From contig DATKLW010000082.1 of the NCBI GenBank assembly GCA_035542215.1, forward strand, positions 1,733-65,732: a DNA stretch of 64,000 bases, read 5' to 3'. Origin of the DNA: Thermoanaerobaculia bacterium. Its GTDB lineage: Bacteria; Acidobacteriota; Thermoanaerobaculia; UBA5066. A program made the position numbers and the translations under genes. The notes below the pieces were generated by a model. The model searched no databases, had not been told where the DNA came from, and saw only the letters and a program-made list of their open reading frames with translations. The number at the start of each line of letters is the position of its first letter. Positions within the stretch are counted from its first letter, which is position 1. This document shows, in pieces, positions 1 to 7,628 of this stretch.

Positions 1-211
1 CCTCGGCGACCTCGTCATAGACGTCCCGTACGCGGCGCGGCAGGCGAGGAAACGCGGCCACGGCCTCGACCGGGAGGTGCAGATCCTCCTCGCCCACGGC
101 GTCCTCCACCTCCTCGGATACGATCACGAGACGGACGACGGCACGATGTTCCGCTTCCAGAGACGCTTGGTCCTCGCCGCCTTCGGCGCGGGTCCGGACG
201 GCGTGCCGTGA
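1..211 (+). CDS. ybeY: Endoribonuclease YbeY, C-terminal part (5' end lies outside the window)
   Basis: In-frame translation ...GDLVIDVPYAARQARKRGHGLDREVQILLAHGVLHLLGYDHETDDG... carries the YbeY zinc motif H-G-x-L-H-L-x-G-Y-D-H. The stop TGA at 209-211 overlaps the GTG start of the next gene (GTGA). The ybeY-CNNM-era synteny is typical. Confidence 0.85.
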   Translation, partial: LGDLVIDVPYAARQARKRGHGLDREVQILLAHGVLHLLGYDHETDDGTMFRFQRRLVLAAFGAGPDGVP

Positions 212-1509
212 CCGGGTTCGCGGTCACGGCGGGCGTCGGCTTCGTCGTCGCCGCGCTCTTCGCGGGCGTCTTCGTCCTGTTCTCGGGCTTCGCGCAGTCC
301 CTCGAAAGCCTCTCGGTCCTCCGGCGAAAGGCCCTCCTCGAGGCCGACCCGGCCCGCTTCGGAACGCTCCTCGCGCCCGAGCACGTCCGCATCTCGCGCA
401 TCGCGGTGCGCCTGACGGCTCAGGGTGCCGTACTCGGCGGCCTCCTGTGCCTCGGCTCGGCGCTCGCGGCTCTCGGCGTCGGCGAGCCGTGGCTCCTCTC
501 GGCCGTCGTGATCCTCCTCGGCTGGATCGTGGCCGAGAGCCTCGTGATCCGCTGGGTCGCCCGCCGCGGCGGCGATGCGCTCCTCGCGGGGTTCTCGTGG
601 CTCATCCCGCTCGTGGACTTCCTCTCGGCGCCGCTCACGCCGCTCCTCTCGCGCCTCGTCGAGGTCGAAGACGACGCGCCCGAGGGGAGCGCGCCGGACC
701 CCGCGAAAGAGGAGGCCACGAAGGACGCGGAAGTTCGCGCTCTCCTCGACGTGGCCCGTGAGGAGGGCCTCCTCGAGAAGCACGAGGAGGAGCTCGTGAC
801 GCGCGCGGTGGACTTCAACGACCGAACCGTGGGCCAGGTCATGACGCCGCGTCCCGACATCGTTTACGCGCAGGCCGACGCCCCGCTCGACGAGATCGCC
901 GACCTCTTCGTGAAGACGAAGTTCACGCGCCTTCCGCTCGTCGAGGGCTCGATCGACAAGCCCGTCGGAATCGTCCACGTGAAGGACGTGTTTACGGTCC
1001 TCCGCCGGCCGGACCCGCCCGCGACGGCGCGCCCGCTCGCCCGGGAAGTCTTCTTCGCCCCGGAATCCCAGACGGTTGCGACGCTGCTCGCGGACTTCCG
1101 CCGCCGCCGGCATCCGCTCGCGATCGTCGTCGACGAGTACGGCGCCGTCACGGGCCTCGCGACGCTCGAGGATCTCGTCGAGGAGCTCGTCGGCGAAATC
1201 GCGGACGAGCACGAGGACGAGGCGCCGCCGGTCGTCGCGGCCGGCGACGGTTCGTGGTCCGTGGCGGGCCGCGTCCGGGTCTCCGAGATCGCGACGCTCT
1301 TCGACGTCGTCTTTCCGCCCGCCGAGTACGACACCGTCGCCGGCCTCGTCTCCGAGAAGCTCGGCCGGATCCCGAAGTCGGGCGAGGTCGCCCACGAGGC
1401 CGGACTCTCTTTCACGGTCGAGGAGGCCGACCGCCGGAGGATCCGCCGTCTGCGCGTCCGCCGCGAGGCGCCGCCTGCGCGCGACGACGGCGGCGCGGGG
1501 ACCGAATGA
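208..1509 (+). CDS. CNNM/TlyC-family membrane protein (DUF21 transmembrane region + CBS pair + CorC_HlyC C-terminal domain)
   Basis: 433-aa ORF. The N-terminus is hydrophobic with several helices. The central part has the motifs VMTPRPDIV, RLPLVEGSIDKPVGIVHVKD and HPLAIVVDEYGAVTGLATLEDLVEELVGEI, typical of the CBS pair and CorC_HlyC linker. It is translationally coupled on both sides. Confidence 0.85.
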   Translation: MTGFAVTAGVGFVVAALFAGVFVLFSGFAQSLESLSVLRRKALLEADPARFGTLLAPEHVRISRIAVRLTAQGAVLGGLLCLGSALAALGVGEPWLLSAVVILLGWIVAESLVIRWVARRGGDALLAGFSWLIPLVDFLSAPLTPLLSRLVEVEDDAPEGSAPDPAKEEATKDAEVRALLDVAREEGLLEKHEEELVTRAVDFNDRTVGQVMTPRPDIVYAQADAPLDEIADLFVKTKFTRLPLVEGSIDKPVGIVHVKDVFTVLRRPDPPATARPLAREVFFAPESQTVATLLADFRRRRHPLAIVVDEYGAVTGLATLEDLVEELVGEIADEHEDEAPPVVAAGDGSWSVAGRVRVSEIATLFDVVFPPAEYDTVAGLVSEKLGRIPKSGEVAHEAGLSFTVEEADRRRIRRLRVRREAPPARDDGGAGTE

Positions 1510-2396
1510 AGGCCGCGCGCTCCGGGACGGTCGCGGTCGTCGGGCGTCCGAACGCGGGCAAGTCGACGCTCGTGAACGCGCTCGTCGGGACGAAGGTCGC
1601 GATCGTGTCCGACAAGCCGCAGACGACGCGCCGCAACCTCCTCGGGATCCGCAACGACGACGAGGGGCAGATCGTCTTCGTGGACACACCGGGGCTCCAC
1701 AAGCCCCTTCACCGCCTGAACAAGACCATGGTCGCCGAGGCGCAGGACGCGCTCCGCGAGGAGGACGTGCGCCTTCTCGTCGTCGACGTGACGGTTCCGG
1801 CGGGGGCGGGCGACCGTTTCGTCCACGAGCTCCTCCGGGCCGCGCCCGCTCCGCGCATCGCGGTCCTGAACAAGATCGACCTCGTCGCGCGCAAGGAGAC
1901 GCTCCTGCCGCGCCTCGCTTCTCTCGGCGAGGCGGGAATCTTCGACGCGCTCGTCCCGGTTTCAGCCCGGACGGGCGAGGGCCTCGACGCGCTCCTCTCG
2001 GCGATTCGGAGCCACCTTGCCGCGGGGGACGCGCTCTTCCCGGCCGGCGTCGTCACGACGTCCGACGACGCGACACGGATCGCCGAGACGATCCGGGAGA
2101 AGTTTCTCGAGCGGACGCGCGAGGAGATCCCCTACGGCCTCGGCGTTCTCGTCGAGGAGGTCCGGCGCGAAGACGCGAAGAAGCTCACCGTCGTCCGGGC
2201 GACGATCGTCGTCGACCGCGACAGCCACAAGGGAATCGTCCTCGGCGCGGGCGGGCGGATGTTGAAGGAGGCGGGCACCGCGGCGCGCCTCGACCTCGAA
2301 AGATCGTTTGGTGGAAAATTCTTCCTCGATCTCGTCGTGGCCGCGCGGCCCGGGTGGCGCGAAGACCCCAGATTTCTCACCACTCTGACGAGCTGA
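1506..2396 (+). CDS. era: GTPase Era
   Basis: Start re-set to the ATG at 1506 (ATGA overlap with the upstream stop); the 84 codons upstream in the track ORF are Arg/Pro junk. G1 is GRPNAGKST, G3 is DTPG, G4 is NKID, and a C-terminal KH-like region (VVDRDSHKGIVLGAGG) is present. Confidence 0.93.
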   Translation: MKAARSGTVAVVGRPNAGKSTLVNALVGTKVAIVSDKPQTTRRNLLGIRNDDEGQIVFVDTPGLHKPLHRLNKTMVAEAQDALREEDVRLLVVDVTVPAGAGDRFVHELLRAAPAPRIAVLNKIDLVARKETLLPRLASLGEAGIFDALVPVSARTGEGLDALLSAIRSHLAAGDALFPAGVVTTSDDATRIAETIREKFLERTREEIPYGLGVLVEEVRREDAKKLTVVRATIVVDRDSHKGIVLGAGGRMLKEAGTAARLDLERSFGGKFFLDLVVAARPGWREDPRFLTTLTS

Positions 2397-2449
2397 GCGT
2401 TGACGCGGGGCAGCCCATGCCGTAAGACTCGGGGTGGAGGACTCGGATC

Positions 2450-2863
2450 CTGTCGACTCCGGAGAAAGACAAGGACAACAAGCGGCACGCGCCGCGGTTG
2501 CCGCTCGCGAAAGGCACGAGGGCCCAGATCAAATCGACGCTGCCCGTCGAGCTCGTGAATCTCTCCGCGACGGGCGTCCTGATGGAGCTGCCGTCGGCGC
2601 TTCGCCCAGGCTCGACGTGCGACCTCACGGCGACGCTCGCGGGGATCCCCTTCATCGCGCTCGTGCGCGTGACGCGCTGCCGCGCGGGCGGCTTCGCCGC
2701 GGACGACAAGGGCGCCCGCGTCCTCGTCTACCAGGCCGGGGGCGAATTCGTGGCCCTCGCGGCGGAGCAGAAGCTGAACCTCTCGCGCGCGATCGAGAAG
2801 ATCGGCGGCGCGAAGCTCGCGAGCCAGTCCTCGGCGTTCCTGAAGGCCGTCAAGCCCGCCTAG
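2450..2863 (+). CDS. PilZ-domain protein (predicted c-di-GMP receptor); the start is probably non-canonical
   Basis: Contains N-L-S-A-T-G (D/NxSxxG). An R-H-A-P-R (RxxxR) motif is encoded at 2483-2497, just upstream of the TTG at 2498 that the ORF track uses. The frame is open back to the TAA at 2423-2425. A GGAGGA Shine-Dalgarno at 2436-2441 precedes ATC 2447 and CTG 2450. Confidence 0.7.
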   Translation: MSTPEKDKDNKRHAPRLPLAKGTRAQIKSTLPVELVNLSATGVLMELPSALRPGSTCDLTATLAGIPFIALVRVTRCRAGGFAADDKGARVLVYQAGGEFVALAAEQKLNLSRAIEKIGGAKLASQSSAFLKAVKPA

Positions 2864-4482
2864 GACGTCAGGTCGCGCAGCGCGGCGCGCAGGACGTCTT
2901 CCATCCGGCGCGCGCGGTCGAGGGCGGACGCCGCGGCGGCGCGGGACTCCTCCGCGGCGGCCTGGGCCGCCTGGAGCCTCTCGGTCAGCGCCGAAACCTG
3001 CGCCGCGAGGGAAATCGCGGCTTCGCTCGCCGCGGCCTCGGCGCTCTCCCGCGCTGCGCGCTCTGCGGCAATGGCCCCGGCGAGTCCGCTCCTCTGATCT
3101 GCGGTTTCCGTCTTCAGGGCCGCGATCGCCGCGAGCGCCTCGTCCGCACGGGCAGCGGCCGCGGCGTTGGCGGTCCTCAGTTCCTCGAGCGTTTCCCCGA
3201 TTTTCAGGGCAGCGGAGTCGTGCGCTTCCTTCTCGGCGTCGAGCCTCTTCTCGAGGCTCGCCGTGAGCTGGCGGCGCTCTTCTCGCTCGGCTTCGAGGGC
3301 CCTCTCGATCGCTTTTTCGAGCGCCTCGACGCGGCGGGCCTCGGCCTTCGCGGCGTCGAGCGCCGCGTCGTCCCGCTTGAACGTGCCGGACCCCCGCCCG
3401 GCCGCGGCGCGCCGGGCTTCGGCGAGGACCGCGTTGAGCTTGTCGTCGAGAGGCGTCACGGGCGCCGTCGTCTCGGGGCGCGCGCTGCGTGGCCGCTCGC
3501 CCGACGTCGAAGACGCCATGAGGTCGGGAAGCGCGTCGGCTCTCGCGGCCGAAGCGGGCGGGACGGACGCCGCCGCGTCAGGCTGGGCCGCAGGCGAGGC
3601 ATTCCTCAGCGAGTCGTCGGACAGGTCGGCGAACGTCCCCTCGGCCGAGGGCGGGACCCATTCGGCAGGCTCCTCCTCGGACGCGGACCCGGCTCCCGCG
3701 CCGGCGATCGCGAGGACCGGCGCGGACGACGGAGATTCGTCGGGCTCCGGGGCCGGGGCCGAGATCGTGACCGCGGGCCCGGGCGCCCTGAACGGCTGCG
3801 TCGAGGCGCCGGGGCCGGAAGACGACCCGAGTGACGCCGAGCCGAGCGAGGTCTCGGCCGCCGGCAGGTCCGATTCGACCGGCGGCTTCCAGCCGCGCTG
3901 GAGGCGCCGGAGGAGGTCGACGAACGTGAGCTTGGACGCGAGTTTGAAGGTCTCGAGAACGCCCATTCCCTCGGAGGCGACCGCCTCGACGTACGGGTAC
4001 GACTGGAAGCCGAGCGACTCCTGGAGCGCCTCCACGGAAAGCGCGCTCGGAAGGTCGCGCTTGTTGTACTGGATGACGACGGGCAGGGACTCGAGGGGGA
4101 TCTTCTCGTCGCCGAGGTTCTCGCGCAGGTTCTGGAAGCTCTCGAGGTTGTGCGAGAGCATCGACCACTGCGAGTCCACGACGAAGACGAGGCCGTCCAC
4201 GCCGCGCAGGACGATGCGGCGCGTCTCGTTGTAGAAGACCTGTCCGGGAACGGTGCACACCTGGAAGCGGACCGTGTATCCCTTGATGTTCCCGAGCTCG
4301 ATCGGCAGCAAATCGAAATAAATCGTCCTGTCTTGCGCCGTCGAAAGCGACAGGAGCTTGCCGGCGCCGCGCTCGAGGCGCTGGTGGAGGATCTTGAGGT
4401 TGGTCGTTTTGCCGCAGAGCCCGGGCCCGTAGAAGACGATCTTGGCCGTCAACTCCTTCGTGGCGTGGTTGAAGAGCGCCAT
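2860..4482 (-). CDS. MglA-like Ras-superfamily GTPase with a ~345-aa C-terminal low-complexity and coiled-coil extension
   Basis: Start re-set to the ATG at 4482, with GGAGG 7 nt upstream. The N-terminus MALFNHATKELTAKIVFYGPGLCGKTTNL, TVPGQ (in place of DxxGQ) and NKRD closely match M. xanthus MglA as I recall it. After about residue 195 comes a Ser/Pro/Ala-rich linker, then an Ala/Glu/Arg-rich heptad-like region. The 182 codons upstream in the track ORF were rejected. Confidence 0.85.
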   Translation of the reverse strand: MALFNHATKELTAKIVFYGPGLCGKTTNLKILHQRLERGAGKLLSLSTAQDRTIYFDLLPIELGNIKGYTVRFQVCTVPGQVFYNETRRIVLRGVDGLVFVVDSQWSMLSHNLESFQNLRENLGDEKIPLESLPVVIQYNKRDLPSALSVEALQESLGFQSYPYVEAVASEGMGVLETFKLASKLTFVDLLRRLQRGWKPPVESDLPAAETSLGSASLGSSSGPGASTQPFRAPGPAVTISAPAPEPDESPSSAPVLAIAGAGAGSASEEEPAEWVPPSAEGTFADLSDDSLRNASPAAQPDAAASVPPASAARADALPDLMASSTSGERPRSARPETTAPVTPLDDKLNAVLAEARRAAAGRGSGTFKRDDAALDAAKAEARRVEALEKAIERALEAEREERRQLTASLEKRLDAEKEAHDSAALKIGETLEELRTANAAAAARADEALAAIAALKTETADQRSGLAGAIAAERAARESAEAAASEAAISLAAQVSALTERLQAAQAAAEESRAAAASALDRARRMEDVLRAALRDLTS

Positions 4483-4541
4483 GGTGCCTCCGGGACTCTT
4501 TGAGACGCCGTCCGAGTATACGCGCCGCGTATCCTCCGGGC

Positions 4542-5399
4542 ATGACGGTCGAGGCGCGCGCGCGGCGAATCGAGGGCGTCTACGCGGGCCTTTCGCTGCG
4601 GGGCGTGTCCGTGGCCGGGCGCGAGACGTGGTTCCACTTCCCGACGCTCGGGTTCGCGTTCGACCTCGGCCGGTCCCCGTGGGAGCTCGTCTCCGTCCCC
4701 CACGTCTTCCTCTCGCACGCCCACCTCGACCACGGCGCCGGTCTCGCCTACTGGTTCTCGCAGCGCCGGCTCCTGCGCCTTCCGGGAGGGACCGTCCACA
4801 CGCACCCGGCCGCCGTCGAAGCGTGGCGGAAGATCGTCGAGCTGCACGCGGCGCTCGAGGACGTGCGTTACGACGCGCGCGTCGAGCCGATGGCGCCTCG
4901 CTCGCGCGTCGCTCTGCGCCGCGACCTGTCGATGACGTGCTTCCCGGCCGACCATCGTGTCCCGACGCTCGCGTTCGTGGCCTCCGAGGAGCGCCACCGC
5001 CTCCTCCCCGAATACGAGGCGCGGACACGCGAGGAGATCAAAGCCCTCGCGGCGAGTGGGAAGAGCGTCGCCGGGCGCGTCTCGATTCCCCTCGTCGGAT
5101 ACTCCGGCGACACGGCGGGCGGGATCTTCGATACGGCGCCGCCGGATTTCTTCCGGGCGAAGGTGCTCCTCATCGAGTGCTCGTTCGTGGAGGAGCGCGA
5201 CAAGGGCCGCGCGGCGCCGTTCAAGCACCTCCACGTCGACGACATCGCCGAGCGCGCGGACCTGTTCGAGAACGAGGTCGTCCTCCTGACGCACGTGACG
5301 CTCCGGACGCCGCCCGACTCGATCCGCCGCCTCGTGAAACAGCGCCTCCCCGCGCGCCTCGCGGACCGGGCGCGGCCGTTCCTGCCGGATCAGGCCTGA
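4542..5399 (+). CDS. Metallo-beta-lactamase-fold hydrolase (RNase Z-like)
   Basis: Carries the H-A-H-L-D-H motif (HxHxDH) and later conserved His/Asp positions. Start chosen at ATG 4542; TTG 4500 remains possible. Confidence 0.75.
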   Translation: MTVEARARRIEGVYAGLSLRGVSVAGRETWFHFPTLGFAFDLGRSPWELVSVPHVFLSHAHLDHGAGLAYWFSQRRLLRLPGGTVHTHPAAVEAWRKIVELHAALEDVRYDARVEPMAPRSRVALRRDLSMTCFPADHRVPTLAFVASEERHRLLPEYEARTREEIKALAASGKSVAGRVSIPLVGYSGDTAGGIFDTAPPDFFRAKVLLIECSFVEERDKGRAAPFKHLHVDDIAERADLFENEVVLLTHVTLRTPPDSIRRLVKQRLPARLADRARPFLPDQA

Positions 5400-5899
5400 G
5401 GCGCGGGCGTGCCCGCGATGCGGCCGCGGCCCGCGGCCCATTCGCCGAGCGCCTGCCGCCACTCCCACGCGTGGCCGGGGGAGACGACGAACTCGACGAC
5501 CTCGCCCGACGTCGCGGTCACGCGGAGGACCTTGCTGCGGAAGAACCCTCTCTGCGCCTGTGTCCGGTCATCTGTTTCGAGTCGTTGTATTTCTTCGAAG
5601 GTGAATGTGCCCGGATCAGAGGAGAGCGCCTGCCACGCGAGACCCGACGGGGTCAGAGCGACGGTGCCGGGGATCAGCGCGCGTCCGCGCGTTGCGGGGG
5701 GCGCGCCGCGGGGGGCGCGGCGCGCCCCCACCCCCGCACGGGACGACACGACGAGGCACGGCGTTCCGATGCGAACCACGCCCCCTAACCCTTCTAGGAA
5801 AATGCGTCCTCTCCGCCTGGCAACGAGTCTCGTCGTGAGGACGAAGCCTCCGGTCGCGAGCAAAAAGAACCCGACTGCGCCCGCAATCCAGAGAGCCAT
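5390..5899 (-). CDS. Small membrane-anchored hypothetical protein with a PH/GRAM-like soluble domain
   Basis: The ATG at 5899 overlaps the TAA of the vWA gene by 1 nt. It has an N-terminal TM helix (MALWIAGAVGFFLLATGGFVL) followed by a ~110-aa beta-rich domain. No family was recognised with certainty. Confidence 0.55.
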   Translation of the reverse strand: MALWIAGAVGFFLLATGGFVLTTRLVARRRGRIFLEGLGGVVRIGTPCLVVSSRAGVGARRAPRGAPPATRGRALIPGTVALTPSGLAWQALSSDPGTFTFEEIQRLETDDRTQAQRGFFRSKVLRVTATSGEVVEFVVSPGHAWEWRQALGEWAAGRGRIAGTPAPQA

Positions 5900-7032
5900 T
5901 ACCGGAAGAGCTTCTTCCTGTTCCGGATGTAGTCCCGGAACACGAACGTCGCGAGATCGGTCGGGGAGGCGTAGTACGCCCGGCCGCGCGCGATCTTCGT
6001 CATCGTGTCGACGAAGTCCACGAGGGCCTCGTCGGTCGCGATCATGAACGTCGTGAGCTGGATGCCGTCGCGCCGGAGCTTCTCGGCTTCCTCGAGCGTG
6101 CGGTTCACGATCTTCAGGTCCAGCCCGAACGGGTTCTTGTAGAGCTTGCCGCCCTCGCGGATGCACGACGGCTTGCCGTCCGTGATCATGAAGATCTGCC
6201 GGTTGCGCGAGCGGCGGCGCATGAGGAGCTTGCGCGACAGGGCGAGGCCGTCTTTCGTGTTCGTGTGGAACGGCCCGACCTGCGCCCGGCTGAGCTCCTC
6301 GAGCGGCACGGAGCGCGCCTCGTCCCCGAAGAGGACGACGTCGATCGTGTCCTTCGGGTACTTCTGGAGAATGAGCTCCGTGAGCGCGAGCGCGACCTTC
6401 TTTGCGGGCGTGAAGCGGTCCTCGCCGTAGAGGATCATCGAGTGCGAGACGTCGATCGCGATCGCGGTCGCGCAGGCGCTCTGGTGCTCGACGTCGAAGA
6501 CCTCGAAGTCGGCGGGAAGGAGCGAGAGGTCGTCCGGGTCGCGGCGCGCCGCGTTCGCGACCGTCCGGATGCCGTCGAGGCGCGCGGGGTCGTCGCCGAA
6601 CTCGTACGGGCGCGTCTCGGGCAGCGGCTCGGTGCCGCCGCCGGAGCGCGGGATCGAGTGGAGCCCGGGCCCGGCCTTCTGCAGCGAGGAGAAGATCTCC
6701 TCCAGCGCGTTACGGCGGATCCGGCGCTCGCCCGGCCCCAGCAGCGCGAGGTTCCCCTCGCCGTCGCGCCCGACGATGCCCTGGCGCTCGAGCGCCTGCC
6801 GGAACGCCTCGAGGTCGACGTTCTTCCCGATGATCCCGCGGCGCTGCAGCTCCTGCATCCAGGCCATCGCCTCCTCCACGTCGCCCCCGAGGCGCGAGAC
6901 GAGGTCGAGGAAGAGCTTCAGGAGCTCTTCGTACGTCAGGAGGGACTGGAGGAGGTCGAGCGGCAGCTCTCCGTACCGGTAGTCCACGTCCCATGCTACG
7001 CCGGGACGGGGGACGGACTGGGGTATGGTCAC
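5899..7032 (-). CDS. von Willebrand factor A (vWA) domain protein, COG4867-like
   Basis: MIDAS motif D-V-S-H-S (AIDVSHSMIL), a later TDG motif (IFMITDGKPS), and a helical N-terminal domain. The GTG start at 7032 sits in a GTGA overlap with the upstream 96-codon ORF. Confidence 0.8.
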   Translation of the reverse strand: MTIPQSVPRPGVAWDVDYRYGELPLDLLQSLLTYEELLKLFLDLVSRLGGDVEEAMAWMQELQRRGIIGKNVDLEAFRQALERQGIVGRDGEGNLALLGPGERRIRRNALEEIFSSLQKAGPGLHSIPRSGGGTEPLPETRPYEFGDDPARLDGIRTVANAARRDPDDLSLLPADFEVFDVEHQSACATAIAIDVSHSMILYGEDRFTPAKKVALALTELILQKYPKDTIDVVLFGDEARSVPLEELSRAQVGPFHTNTKDGLALSRKLLMRRRSRNRQIFMITDGKPSCIREGGKLYKNPFGLDLKIVNRTLEEAEKLRRDGIQLTTFMIATDEALVDFVDTMTKIARGRAYYASPTDLATFVFRDYIRNRKKLFR

Positions 7033-7319
7033 TTCCCTTCATGGACCTCCCTGACGGCAGATCCGGAGCCCCTCCGGCCGTTGCGCTCCCGGGCGCCATG
7101 CGCGAGGACTGAGATCGCCGGGCCCGCGAGGACCACAGACTCCACATTGCGACCGGCCACGCGGGGTCCGAGGAAGCATTCCTCGAGTCGGGGGAGCGGG
7201 ACCTCGCGGACCTCGTCCTCGACGGGATCCACCTTCGGCCCGAAGCTTCGGCCCTCGAGATCGGCTGCGGCGTCGGCCGCCTGCTGGTCCCGCTCGCGAG
7301 GCGCGTCGCGCGCGTTCAC
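7029..7319 (-). CDS. Hypothetical acidic 96-aa protein, possibly translationally coupled to the vWA gene
   Basis: GTGA stop-start overlap with the vWA gene, and high third-position GC in this frame (17 of the first 19 codons). No recognisable family, so this could still be a GC artefact. Confidence 0.35.
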   Translation of the reverse strand: MNARDAPRERDQQAADAAADLEGRSFGPKVDPVEDEVREVPLPRLEECFLGPRVAGRNVESVVLAGPAISVLAHGARERNGRRGSGSAVREVHEGK

Positions 7320-7340
7320 GGCGTCGACATCTCGCCCGTC

Positions 7341-7625
7341 ATGATCGAGACGTCGTGCGCGTACGTCGCCTCCGCTTCGAACGTGTCGGCCCCGGGAGAG
7401 GCGGCCCGGGCCGTGGCCGTTCTCGAGGAGGCGCGCGCTCTCGACGACCGCGCCTTTGTCCGGCTCGCGTACCGTCGGATCCTCCTGCGCGAGGCGGACG
7501 CCGGCGGCGAGGAGTTCTACCTCGGCAAGATCGCCTCAGGCGAGCTCAGCCGCGCCGCGCTGCTGAGAGAGCTGTTCTGGAGCGACGAAGCCCGGGGCGT
7601 CGCCCCGCCCCCCGGCGCCGACTGA
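7341..7625 (+). CDS. DUF4214-like small protein
   Basis: FVRLAYRRILLREADAGGEEFYLGKIASGELSRAALLRELFWSDE matches the DUF4214 pattern (FV..lY...LgR..D..G...w...l..G..sR..l...f..S.E). That domain is often linked to glycosyltransferase loci. Confidence 0.6.
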   Translation: MIETSCAYVASASNVSAPGEAARAVAVLEEARALDDRAFVRLAYRRILLREADAGGEEFYLGKIASGELSRAALLRELFWSDEARGVAPPPGAD

Positions 7626-7628
7626 GCC

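Noticed and set aside
124-1689. 521-aa minus-strand ORF, plus several other ORFs overlapping the CNNM and era genes
   Set aside because: Extremely Arg/Pro/Asp/Glu-rich with no domain-like segments. It lies antisense to two well-supported genes, which is a typical shadow ORF of GC-rich DNA.
4483-5028. 182-codon N-terminal extension of the MglA-like ORF (track start 5028)
   Set aside because: The Arg/Gly/Pro-rich extension overlaps the MBL gene on the other strand. The conserved MglA N-terminus begins exactly at the ATG at 4482, which has a GGAGG Shine-Dalgarno.
2860-5399. An MglB (Roadblock/LC7) partner gene next to the MglA-like gene
   Set aside because: The flanks are occupied by a PilZ gene and an MBL-fold hydrolase. 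No ~150-aa Roadblock-like ORF exists in any frame within 2 kb.
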